A stretch of 63,862 nt of DNA, the filler included, from Octopus bimaculoides (Eukaryota), in the NCBI RefSeq assembly GCF_001194135.2. It is 5 parts of 4 records of this genome, joined end to end, with 100 filler letters (N's around TTAATTAATTAA, not from the genome) between each part and the next. Parts side by side here need not be neighbours in the genome. Positions count along the whole stretch, not along the records: positions 48,905 to 61,813 come from NC_068987.1; positions 61,914 to 63,862 come from NW_026310548.1; 3 more parts are not named here. The stretch is one strand, 5' to 3'. Below the pieces are notes generated by a model that made no database searches, was not told the DNA's origin, and was given only the letters and a program-made list of their open reading frames with translations. The position numbers were made by a program, and so were the translations under genes. This document shows positions 52,473 to 63,862 of this stretch, in pieces (the stretch's first letter is position 1; every line of letters starts with the position of its first letter).

Positions 52473-52725
52473 TAATAATAATCCTTTTTACTATAGGCAC
52501 AAGGTCTGAAATTTGAGGGAGGGGACTAGTCGGTTAGATCGNNNNNNNNNNNNNNNNNNNNNNNNNNNNNNNNNNNNNNNNNNNNNNNNNNNNNNNNNNN
52601 NNNNNNNNNNNNNNNNNNNNNNNNNNNNNNNNNNNNNNNNNNNNNNNNNNNNNNNNNNNNNNNNNNNNNNNNNNNNNNNNNNNNNNNNNNNNNNNNNNNN
52701 NNNNNNNNNNNNNNNNNNNNNNNNN

Positions 52726-52757
<32 letters not shown>

Positions 52758-53989
52758 ACACACACATATATGTATATATATTACATATATAACTGTTTGC
52801 ATATTATTCATTCAACAATAAAGGGGAACGTATTTTATTTTCAAATAATTCCTTTGAATACAAATGGATGGATGTAATTAACCACAAAGCTGAACAATTT
52901 ACATCTGTGTGTCTTCCACCACGGGTACCCACAGGTATAAGTATCATAGAGTAGTTAGCGTAGTGCTAATATAGTTATTGTAAGTAGTATTAAATATATT
53001 ATTAGTGAATGGAGTACTTAAATGTTAAACAGAAATAATTATAGAGTAAGTATAAAGCAAAACAAGCAAAAAACAACAACAAAACAATATTAGTTATAGA
53101 TTAATATCCTTTTGACATCTTCGCAAGCACGTGAGACAACTCAAGACGTTTTCTAGCCTTATTCTGAACTCATCACTGACGCATGGCTTTTCAGCTTGTA
53201 TACTAAATTAATAATGAGAGAATCACCAAGTAAAGTATATAGTACCATATATTGGTTAACAAGTGGTGCTAGGCACACGATTATAAAAGCGTTGGTCCGT
53301 TTCCCGCACAAGACGGTGTGTTGTGTCTTTGTGCAAGACTTTTCATTTCAGGTCGCTCTAGTTCACTCAGAAAAATGAATGCATACAGAATGTTGGTCCA
53401 ATTTTCCTACCTCTCTCTCTAGCTGTCATATTTCAATATTTCACTAGGCCAAGGGTAGTAAGGCCTAGAGGATGTCTAAGTCTTCTGGCGACTAAATAGG
53501 CATCTAAATCAATTAGTGAAAGCGTTGTACAAGTTGCGAAGTCTCTGTGGATACTAAGAGACAATTGTATGACAATAGTGTGCCATTAGTTGTCATAGAA
53601 AAATAGAATTATATGCATTAGTTGGCATACAAAAATAGAATTGTTCATTGCATTGGTACTGAGGTAAAAAATACTAAAACTGTTATTTACTATTAATAAG
53701 TTCAGAATATGTAGTTCTGTGTTTTGAATCCGTCTGAAATCAAGACTTAGCTTTATATCACAATGGAATCGATAAAATAAGAACTAATCAGATAAGAAAG
53801 AGAAAGTTGTTTAGCTCAAGGTCGACTCTGATGGGGTAGACCTATTAATCAAAGGCGTTTCAACTGGCTTTTTATGAAATGCTTGTATCAGGGATGCCCA
53901 GGAAAAAATACTGTTTGAAAAGAAATTGAGATGGTCGTGACTGAAAGACTTTTGATGGCAATGTCTGTTGTATCAGGGCTACATAGAGT

Positions 53990-54900
53990 TAAGGAACAAA
54001 TGTTACAACAACATGGAAGCATGCATTTACATGCAGCAACATGCAAAGTGCCCCAGGAAGTGTACAAACAGACAAGACATCGAAATAGAAACTTATCAGT
54101 ATGTTTTACGATGAAGTGTACTTTGTTAAGAATAACAAAAACTGACATTGTATAAACGTTTATTAACATGTAGGAACATGTAGTACATAATCTCATTAAG
54201 AATATTCTCTTAATGAAATACTCTACATGTTTCTATACTTAGAAAGGGAGAACTGGATATCATGTTGTACTATGCAGAATATCCCAGTAAGAGTGTACAG
54301 ATATCCCAATAACAGCCGATTAATATGTAGTAATGCGTGGAATAAATATTTCAGTGAGCGTGTACAAACAAGCATGGGATTAACAGAAGATAAATATACA
54401 ACAACATGTAGAGTACCTTAGTATGAGAGTACAACATGTAGGGACATGTAGAGTACAATATACAGAAAAATGTAAAGAGCCTTAATAAGAGTTTACATCT
54501 TGTAGCAACATGTAGAACAACAGCTTTGCGAGTGAACAAATATACAACTAAATAACGAATGGATACATGTAGCAACATGCAAATTGCTTTAATAAGAGTG
54601 TAAAACATGTAGCAACATCTAAAGCTCCTTACTGAGAGTGAACAGACATACATCTAAATAACGGCTAGACAACATATAGTAGCATCTTGATTGCCTTAAT
54701 AAGAATGTGCAACATGTAGCAAAATATAGAATTTCTTAGTAAAAGTGCAGTCATAGATCTAGATAGCAATTGGGCAACATGTGGCAATATGGAACAGCAA
54801 CATGTAGTAGTATAGAGAATTTCTCAATAGTGTACCACATGAAGCAAGATATAGAATACCTTAGTAAGAATGTTGAGTACCTTAATAAGACAAACAAAAG
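53990..54900. repeat. Degenerate minisatellite built on ACATGTAG-CAACATGT...CCTTAATAAGAGTGTA
   Basis: The motif recurs many times with variable spacing. Confidence 0.7.
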
Positions 54901-55104
54901 ATAGGAAATAGCTCAGTAACTGTCTCTTAAATTAGGCAACTTAAAAGTAGTTTGGTGAAGGACTTCGATAATAGGAATCTACTTAATGCAGAGTTGTGTA
55001 TTTCAATGAGACGGGGGACAACAACCTAATAGAAATAACAACTAAGTCTCCCTCAAATCACATGCACACTTCTGTTTTGAATAATATAGTGAGAAATGTA
55101 GACT

Positions 55105-55262
55105 AGGCATGGCTATGTAGGTAAGTCGTTCACTTAGCAAACAAGTGTTTCGGTTTCAGTTCCAACGTGCAACACCTTAAACAAGAATCTTCTAGTATAA
55201 CCCCTGGCTGACCGATGCCTAACAAATGAAGTTAGACGGGAACAGTACGGTGGACCTTTGAA
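55105..55262 (+). mobile_element. SINE-B 5' half, diverged
   Basis: ggcatggctatgtaggtaag...ggtttcagttcc...ctagtataacccctggctgaccgatgcc. Confidence 0.6.
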
Positions 55263-57419
55263 TATATATATATNNNNNNNNNNNNNNNNNNNNNNNNNNN
55301 NNNNNNNNNNNNNNNNNNNNNNNNNNNNNNNNNNNNNNNNNNNNNNNNNNNNNNNNNNNNNNNNNNNNNNNNNNNNNNNNNNNNNNNNNNNNNNNNNNNN
55401 NNNNNNNNNNNNNNNNNNNNNNNNNNNNNNNNNNNNNNNNNNNNNNNNNNNNNNNNNNNNNNNNNNNNNNNNNNNNNNNNNNNNNNNNNNNNNNNNNNNN
55501 NNNNNNNNNNNNNNNNNNNNNNNNNNNNNNNNNNNNNNNNNNNNNNNNNNNNNNNNNNNNNNNNNNNNNNNNNNNNNNNNNNNNNNNNNNNNNNNNNNNN
55601 NNNNNNNNNNNNNNNNNNNNNNNNNNNNNNNNNNNNNNNNNNNNNNNNNNNNNNNNNNNNNNNNNNNNNNNNNNNNNNNNNNNNNNNNNNNNNNNNNNNN
55701 NNNNNNNNNNNNNNNNNNNNNNNNNNNNNNNNNNNNNNNNNNNNNNNNNNNNNNNNNNNNNNNGAAGCATGTCAACTTCCTCCTTCCTCCCGCTAAACAT
55801 CTGAGCAACGATTTATTTTTCCATTCCTCGCTTTTCGAAGTCTCCTGAAGAAGGGGTTATAGCCTCAAATATAGAAATACAAGATAAAACTGGTACTTCG
55901 TTTTGTTTTCTCTTCCTTTGTAGTTTACTTTGTACCTTCCCGTATTGTTCCGGCCTTACACAACACATCTCTTTAAAGTAATACCACGAAATTCTTCACT
56001 AAAACTACTGTATTATACATATGCCCCGAATTGAGTAATCCGGATAGAGTTAGCCCAATTTTCACCATAAGTTAGAGTTAAACCCCTTTCTTTACACCGC
56101 TGGTGAAAAGTCTAGCCAGAATAAACACGTGGAAAATATGCGCTTAGTTAAACTTGGGACTACAGTTCAAAATAACCTCCATCCTACATCTACTCACAGC
56201 AGAATTATCTACTATAATGTAAGACTCACCATTCTTTGTCTTTATTCTCGTTACCGATGTACCCCTATATCTTTCACTCTTCTTACCTCTACATATGACT
56301 CTGCATTCTGATGATGTCTACCACTACAACTGGTAAACAGAAACGATCGTAAATGTACTATTACTATCACTTTTCTTTCTTAATTAATTAAATTAATGGC
56401 TTACTAGCGCAAACGACCAACGTCTTCNNNNNNNNNNNNNNNNNNNNNNNNNNNNNNNNNNNNNNNNNNNNNNNNNNNNNNNNNNNNNNNNNNNNNNNNN
56501 NNNNNNNNNNNNNNNNNNNNNNNNNNNNNNNNNNNNNNNNNNNNNNNNNNNNNNNNNNNNNNNNNNNNNNNNNNNNNNNNNNNNNNNNNNNNNNNNNNNN
56601 NNNNNNNNNNNNNNNNNNNNNNNNNNNNNNNNNNNNNNNNNNNNNNNNNNNNNNNNNNNNNNNNNNNNNNNNNNNNNNNNNNNNNNNNNNNNNNNNNNNN
56701 NNNNNNNNNNNNNNNNNNNNNNNNNNNNNNNNNNNNNNNNNNNNNNNNNNNNNNNNNNNNNNNNNNNNNNNNNNNNNNNNNNNNNNNNNNNNNNNNNNNN
56801 NNNNNNNNNNNNNNNNNNNNNNNNNNNNNNNNNNNNNNNNNNNNNNNNNNNNNNNNNNNNNNNNNNNNNNNNNNNNNNNNNNNNNNNNNNNNNNNNNNNN
56901 NNNNNNNNNNNNNNNNNNNNNNNNNNNNNNNNNNNNNNNNNNNNNNNNNNNNNNNNNNNNNNNNNNNNNNCGATTAAATCACTGGTCCTTTAATTTATAG
57001 TGACTTCGAGCCCGCTTTTCATAGAATGGAGTTTTACAATAACCCAATTCCACGTTTTGCTCCTCTCGCTAAAATACACCATATCATTTTAATTAAACAG
57101 AATTTAATTTTGTGTAAATGTTTACTATTCAATCTTTTATGCCATCCCCAAAAAGGATGCTGTATTGTAGCCTAGGTTTTCACCGCCATCCTGTGCTAAA
57201 GCTAAACTGGCAGACTGCTATTTTAAACGTGACATACCTTCCACTACAAGAAGCATATATTTAAAATAGCTGCCCTCCACAGCCTACAAAGTGCACACTC
57301 CACGCTACATCTCGGCCAGTATGATCCCTTTCTGAACATCTGCGTGGATTAGTGATCCCGCCCCTATATTAAATTTTTGGAGAAATACTAATAAAAAAAA
57401 ACAACCTGTGTGGACATGT

Positions 57420-57640
57420 ATGATTCTTTCTAATTTTGGCACAAGGTCAATAATTTTGAGGGGAGCAGGTAAGTTGATTACATCGGCCCCAGTACTTGAC
57501 CGGTACGTATTTTATCAACCACAAGAGGATCAAAGGCAAAGTTGACCTCAGTGAGAATTGAGCTCAGAGCGTAAAGATGGGAGAAATGCAGCTAAGCATT
57601 TCATCTGACGCGCTCATGATTCTGCCAGCTCGCTGGCTTC
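57420..57640 (-). mobile_element. SINE-A copy
   Basis: Match to the SINE-A unit. Confidence 0.8.
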
Positions 57641-57748
57641 AGGGCTTATATAATGACATTTCATTGGACTTTGGTACGTCATCAGTTGTCTTTCCTTATA
57701 GAGCTAACAATATCTTATTTCTATTTTAATCTCGAACAGTTTATTTTA

Positions 57749-58039
57749 CTCTTTTGATACCAAACAACGCACCCAAGACCATCCATTGGTTTTATCGTAC
57801 AAACTTACCGTTTTAAAGTGATGTATAAATTAAAAATCCTCTTCAAAATTTCATGCTAACTTATGTTCTAAATATCAGATCAATAACAATAAAGTTATTG
57901 TTATATTTGGGGATGGTCATTTGTTTTGTCAAATAACTACACGCACTAATAATAAAATTATTTTACTATATTTTTCATAATTTTAGTAATTAACTGAAAT
58001 AAAGAGATGTACTTCAGTAGAAATATGGTAACAAAGGGG
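57749..58039. mobile_element. piggyBac-type MITE
   Basis: Left CTCTTTTGATACC vs right reverse complement CCCCTTTGTTACC. TTAA at 58040-58043, TTTA on the left. Confidence 0.6.
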
Positions 58040-60029
58040 TTAAATATAGTATTACACCTGGTTTAAATAATTTATACCTAAGAAAATTCATGACCCCTCT
58101 AAACACCTACTAGCCTCATAGAACTGCTTTGTTATTTGATGTCCAACTTCATGACCTTACAACTAAGCCCAAGGGCTGGAGATGAGGGCTACCACAAGGT
58201 TAAGAAATATTGGACCTAACCCTTGAAAGCGGTGCCCCAGTATGGTCGGAGTCCAATAACTGGAACAAGTAAAACAATAAAAGTATGTATCAAAAAGACA
58301 GGACGGTTATGGCTGGACAGCCTTTCGCCAAAGGCTTTCAGGACTGACTTGAGTTTAAACAACAACAATAAAAATAACAATTATGTAGTAAACCAATAAC
58401 AATGTTGCTTTATTAACAGTTTAGGTTGAAGTACGTACCTTCAGTAATAGTGCTGATAATGAATCAGCGACGTAAAGGCAACGTGTGTGTAGTTAACCCA
58501 GTAATACAGGGCCGTAAAAATCAACTTTGATAACATTATGATAACAATGTAAGAGTTTCATAACTCGTACCTAAGTAACATCTGGATAATAAACTAACAT
58601 TTATTTGATTTATACGTTCGTTTTATTTTCGTGAGGGATGAATTTATAAGGAAAGTGAAACGAATGAACTGAATAATGAAATTGACGGTCGTAGTAAAGA
58701 AAGGCTCCCAGCCGATTTAACATCAGTAACGATGAGTTCAGTAGAGAGTGACGGCACTCACTATGTATTCGTTCTTCAAGGCACGAGCCTGTAGATTACG
58801 AGAACCCAAGAACATATTTCGCTCGCTTTAATGTCTATAAATCAACCACAATATGGCTGCGACCTGAAAATAACAGTAAAAACGATTTGAATGGAAAAAT
58901 ATTGTTTTCACACATAACTAAAATCTGAATAACTGCTAACTTTAAAAGCAGCCCTATAAGTGGTATATTTTACTAAAACCTCAGTACGAGCAGTCTTAAT
59001 GACGGCTCAATAATAACAACTTTTCCAAAAAAATATAGTCTGTTCTTTATGTAACTTCATTAAATGAAAATAATTATGTATCATACATAACATATATGTA
59101 ACACTGAAAGTCATGATGTGGTTTTTGTCCGAGAGAAAATCTCTTCATAGACATGGTGAATTAAAACAATACATATATCGGAGGGAGATAAACATCGTCC
59201 CAGCAGTGACCACGGGAACGCCAGACAACGCTTTTCAGCCTCCTTAGGCCTTACCAATGTTATGTACTCGCTAGTCCTATATCTAGACGAAATCTGTCAC
59301 CTCCGATATATAGGAAACTGTGAATAGTACATTTAACGATATTGCGGAAAGTCTGCTGGGTTGAATAAAAATTCGGTGTAACAACTGAAATAGTATTTGA
59401 TTAAAATAGCCATCTATGTATCATACTTAACGTATGAGACATCATGTTGTGGTTTTTGACTGAGAATCTTTTCATAAACATGCTGTGTTAAAAAGACAAT
59501 ATATGCAAGTGTGAGGCGAACATCGTCCCAACAGTGACCGCGATATAATTTGAGAAACTGAAACAAAAGCTTAACAAAAGGCAGTTAAGTACATTTCAAT
59601 AATAAATATACCTTAAAAGAAAATGAATATTAGGTACTTTAACGAAAAAAAAAAAAAAAGGATTCTTAAAAATAAAGAGATAGTAACAGGTCGACGTGTA
59701 ACTATGGAGTACTTTTGGAACAATCTAGTATCGAATACATAATGTCTCAGCCATAGATAAGGTAAATATTCTACACATTAAACCCATATTTATAGAAAAG
59801 AAAAACAAACAGAGAAGATTCACAAGTTTAGTCAAATATAGACATGTGAAAAAGATTATAATAAGTGTTTAATTACATTTACCCAGCTAGCTGGATTTAA
59901 TGCCATGTACTTAGGTAGCTAACTTTGATAATATGTATCAATTTTAGTAAACTTGAGATTGTCAGACCATCATCTCTATACTGGGTTGAACTAGGGGTGG
60001 TGGTGGTGGTGGTTGTGCGCTTCCTTAGA

Positions 60030-61085
60030 GTATCCAGGATAGATAATCCAATGAGGTCAGTGACCGTATGAACGTCTACACCATGGATAAGTTCAGGAAG
60101 GATGTGATATGAATCTTCAAAAAATTTGACCTAGTTATATGAGTTACCACCAATTTGACAAAGCGCGACTTTCTGGGTGTAAGCCTAGACCTAATGACGG
60201 GTAAGTACCACACTTACAACTAGAAAGATAAATGAGGAAACTGTATATATTCATAGAAACTCCAACCAACCCCGGCTGTAATTGGAAATCTAGTCACAGG
60301 TAGAAGACTCTCTATCCTATCAGCAGACAGGTAGATCTTCAACAGGGCCGCGTCTCACTATAACGAGGTATTAGCGAAGAGTAGCTTTACTGATAAGTAT
60401 ATATGGAGGACGAGCCATCTCCCATCCCCGAATTCGAAGAGAGTCAAAAGGAGAAAAGTAATGTCGTTCAGTCCTCCATGCAACCTAGAAGTTTCAACTA
60501 ACATAGCCAGAAGCTTCCTGACACTAATTAAAAAAAAAAGAAAAAGATTTCCCTAGAACCCATAGGCATTATAAACTCTTCAATCCCCACAAGGTCAACG
60601 TCAGCTACGCCTGCTTAGACAATATCACTTCAAAACTCGCACGCTACAATACATGCAAACACATCCCTACACAACCTCCAATCAACACCCCAACCTATAA
60701 CTGCCGAAATCTTAGCGAATGCCCACTTGGAGGACACACTCTCATAGCATCCGACGGTATCGCAAGACACTACACAGGCATGGCAGCTTATAACTTTAAG
60801 TGAAGGTATACACAGTACAAGAACTCCTTCAAAAGCAGTGATAGGGAAATCTCCACCTCCGTATCCCACTTTACCTGGAGACTCCTTGACCATCGAAATG
60901 ACTTCACCGACATCAAATGGAGTATCAATGGCAGGGCTTCTCATTACTCACTTACGGTTCGCAATTGCCAACTCTGTCAGCCTGATAGACTACATATACG
61001 CCACGAATTCATACTATCAATCTACAGGATGAATGATTTATCTCATTGTTGCCGCGTCAGAAATACGCCTCTGATATTTAACGAC
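60030..61085 (+). pseudogene. Penelope-like element: RT C-terminus plus GIY-YIG endonuclease, decayed
   Basis: MDKFRKDVI*IFKKFDL...DFLGVSLDLMTGKY / VYIHRNSNQP...RRLSILS / KVNVSYAC...YNCRNLSECPLGG...HYTGM...FK*RYTQYKNSF...IKWSI...CQLC...CCRVRN. Confidence 0.85.
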
Positions 61086-61771
61086 TCAAATACATATATG
61101 GATGAAATATATATATATATATATATATATANNNNNNNNNNNNNNNNNNNNNNNNNNNNNNNNNNNNNNNNNNNNNNNNNNNNNNNNNNNNNNNNNNNNN
61201 NNNNNNNNNNNNNNNNNNNNNNNNNNNNNNNNNNNNNNNNNNNNNNNNNNNNNNNNNNNNNNNNNNNNNNNNNNNNNNNNNNNNNNNNNNNNNNNNNNNN
61301 NNNNNNNNNNNNNNNNNNNNCTAAATAAGTCAAAAACTACCAAAAATATGCAACATATTTACCGAAAGCGAGGGAATGCAGCTTTCAAAATTTATGAAGA
61401 AACGATGAATTTTTTCATTACGAAATTTTTCGTTATTTTTTCATTATGAGGTTTTTTTCACGCTGACTACTTGATAAATTCTTATAAAGAATTTATCCTA
61501 TATTATATTATATATATATATATATATATATGGATGAATGGATGGATGGATGGATAATAGTGTAATGTGCTCGCGTCATCATCTCTGGCGTCATGTATTT
61601 TTTACATTAACTAAAAACTCATATTCATCGAGTACATTGCAGAGTCAGGAGTTAAACGGATGATGTAAATCTGAGGTCAGTTTATATGTATATATAATAT
61701 TAGCGATGCATTGAATGCGCGACACACCACAAAGAAACATACCTCTAACGCTTGAATTTCTATAACAAAAT

Positions 61772-61813
<42 letters not shown>

Positions 61814-61913
61814 NNNNNNNNNNNNNNNNNNNNNNNNNNNNNNNNNNNNNNNNNNNNTTAATTAATTAANNNNNNNNNNNNNNNNNNNNNNNNNNNNNNN
61901 NNNNNNNNNNNNN
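61814..61913. other. Artificial scaffold-joining spacer
   Basis: 44N + TTAATTAATTAA (61858-61869) + 44N. Confidence 0.95.
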
Positions 61914-62044
61914 TTCCTGTGTTGGTAATTACACCTGTCCTAAACAAAATGGCATTACTTTTTTATTCACCCTCGTATGTGTGTGTACATTTACAGTTAT
62001 ACACACTGACACACACATACATTAATATATATATATATATACAT

Positions 62045-62170
62045 AGTAGATATATATATTTGCCTTTCATCTTTTTGGGGTTGATAAATCAAGTACCAGT
62101 TGCATACTGGGTAGATCTAATCGACTGGTCCCCTCCCCACAAATTTCGAGCCTTGTGCCTAAAATAGAAA
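62045..62170 (+). mobile_element. SINE-A 3' half
   Basis: tttgcctttcatctttttggggttgataaatcaagtaccagttg...gccttgtgcctaaaatagaaaag. Confidence 0.8.
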
Positions 62171-62233
62171 AGTATATATATATATAATATATATATACAT
62201 ATATATATATATTATATATGTTAAATATATATG

Positions 62234-62276
<43 letters not shown>

Positions 62277-62302
62277 GTATANNNNNNNNNNATATATATG
62301 TG

Positions 62303-62338
<36 letters not shown>

Positions 62339-62394
62339 CATATATATATATAGATATATATACACACACACATACATATTTATGTACATATATG

Positions 62395-62670
62395 AAGTCG
62401 TTGTCATGGCCAATGACAGTACTGCCTGACTGGCACCTGTGCCAGTGGCACATAGAGGCACCATTTGAACATGGTCGATGCCAGTACCAGCTGACTGTCC
62501 TCATGCCACTGGCACGTAAAAAGCACCCACTACACTCTCGGAGTGGTTGGCGTTAGGAAGGGCATCCAGCTGTAGAAACTACCAGATCAGACTGGAGCCT
62601 GGTGCAGCCATCTGGTTCGCCAGTCCTCAGTCAAATCGTCCAACCCATGCTAGCATGGAAAGCGTTAAAC
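62395..62670 (+). mobile_element. SINE-C (RTE-associated)
   Basis: ggcacgtaaaaagcacccactacactctcggagtggttggcgttaggaagggcatccagc...ggaaagcgttaaacg. Confidence 0.88.
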
Positions 62671-62699
62671 GATATATATTTATATATATACATACATAT

Positions 62700-63480
62700 A
62701 TATATATACGTATGTATATGTTTGTGTGTCTGTGTTTGTCCCTTGACAACTGATGCTGGTGCGTTTATGTCCCTGTAACTCAGCAGTTTGGCAAAAGAGA
62801 CCGATAGAATAAGTACTAGGCTTACAAATACTAAGTCCTGGGGTGAATATGTTTGACTAAAGGTGGTGCTCCAGCATGGCCATAGTCAAACGACTGAAAG
62901 AATAAAAGAATAAATGTGAAATTCTGCAACACTACTACAGCACATATGAAAAATGGCATCTCTTAAATGATGGCCATTTTTGGCTTCGCACGCCCCCATG
63001 CTCCTTCCAAAACTTGCACCATAACACCCTAAGACTTTTAGACCCACCTTCTCTGATTTCCCTATCAATGTTCTCCTTCAGTTGCACCAGAGACCCTGTT
63101 GCAACTGAAGATGAACACCAATAGAGAAATCAGAGAAGTGGGGGTCCGAAACTTTTGTGGGTGTTTTGTTGCAAGTTCTTGGAAGAGCACAAGTGTGCAA
63201 AGCCGAAGATGGCCACCATTTAAATGATGTCATTTATCATGTGATGAAGTGGTGTTGCAAAATTTGACTTTATTCTTTTATACTTTTAAATCTTTCAGTC
63301 ATTTGACTGTGGCTATGCTGGAGCACCACCTTTAGTTGAACAAATTCACCCTAGGACTTATTCTTTGTAAGCCTGGTACTTATTCTAGTGGACAATTTTG
63401 CCAAACTGCTAAGTTATGGAGGACATAAACACACCAACATCAGTTGCCAAACGATGGTGCGATGACAAACAGTCACACAA
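62700..63480. repeat. Long imperfect inverted repeat: SINE-B 3' half, ~180-bp non-SINE arm, 5-nt loop, mirrored arm, SINE-B 3' half
   Basis: 62911-63090 is the reverse complement of 63096-63272, roughly three-quarters identical by eye. The flanking SINE halves are also mirrored. Confidence 0.85.
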
Positions 63481-63522
<42 letters not shown>

Positions 63523-63680
63523 GATGGGCTTCTTTCAGTTTCCATCTACCAAATCCACTCACAAGGCTTTGGTTGGCCAACAGCTATAGTAGCAGACAAT
63601 TGACCAATGTGCCATCCAATGGGACTGAACCCGGAACCATGTGGTTGGCAAGCAAGCTACTTACCACACAGCCATTCCTC
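63270..63680 (-). mobile_element. SINE-B, full length
   Basis: Complete unit. Confidence 0.9.
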
Positions 63681-63724
63681 TGCCATGTATATTAATTTCC
63701 ATTATGTCCTTTGTATTGTATCAA

Positions 63725-63802
63725 AATTTCATGCATTTATTTGTAAATTCAAGGAAGCTATCAAAAATTGAAACGCATCAGTGACTTTTGGGACACCCTG
63801 TA
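63725..63802. mobile_element. Tc1/mariner terminal inverted repeat fragment
   Basis: ...cagtgacttttgggacaccctg|TA. Confidence 0.5.
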
Positions 63803-63862
63803 TATATCTGTCATCATAATCATCATCATCGTTTAATGTGATGATGATGATGATATATATAT

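Noticed and set aside
51031-52516. Poly-Asn/Ile/Thr/Ser ORFs
   Set aside because: Trinucleotide microsatellites
53990-54900. p53-type response element cluster (CATG cores)
   Set aside because: Flanks do not fit RRRCWWGYYY (typically caACATGTag), and there are no paired half-sites
55880-57360. Unique-looking sequence around a gap as a possible LINE or gene
   Set aside because: No recognisable protein motif in the frames I translated, so it is left unclassified
61473-61497. 11-bp hairpin gataaattctt-ata-aagaatttatc
   Set aside because: Short and AT-rich, plausible by chance, with no context

Overview
AT-rich, gap-ridden eukaryotic draft-assembly sequence made almost entirely of repeats. The SINE/MITE families and dense microsatellites look like an octopus (coleoid cephalopod) genome, which is an inference from repeat content. 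Four identical 100-bp artificial spacers (44N-TTAATTAATTAA-44N) show the window is at least five joined scaffolds. I found no intact protein-coding, rRNA or tRNA gene and no CRISPR array. Identifiable content: many tRNA-derived SINE copies (working names A-E), a decayed Gypsy LTR retrotransposon with a second inverted LTR+PBS and an unrelated solo LTR, three families of restriction-like-endonuclease (RLE) LINE 3' ends, RTE and Tx1/L1-like fragments, a decayed Penelope RT/GIY-YIG, a Helitron helicase fragment, a Tigger/pogo transposase pseudogene, and mariner- and piggyBac-type MITEs. Most notable: a ~0.75-kb palindrome that appears to be an inverted duplication (62.7-63.5 kb), degenerate Penelope-type hammerhead ribozyme motifs, a CpG-depleted domain suggesting a methylated gene body (10.4-35.5 kb), SINE-B acting as a recurrent insertion site, and a 2A-like NPGP motif. 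All translations and alignments were done by eye, and most repeat boundaries are approximate.
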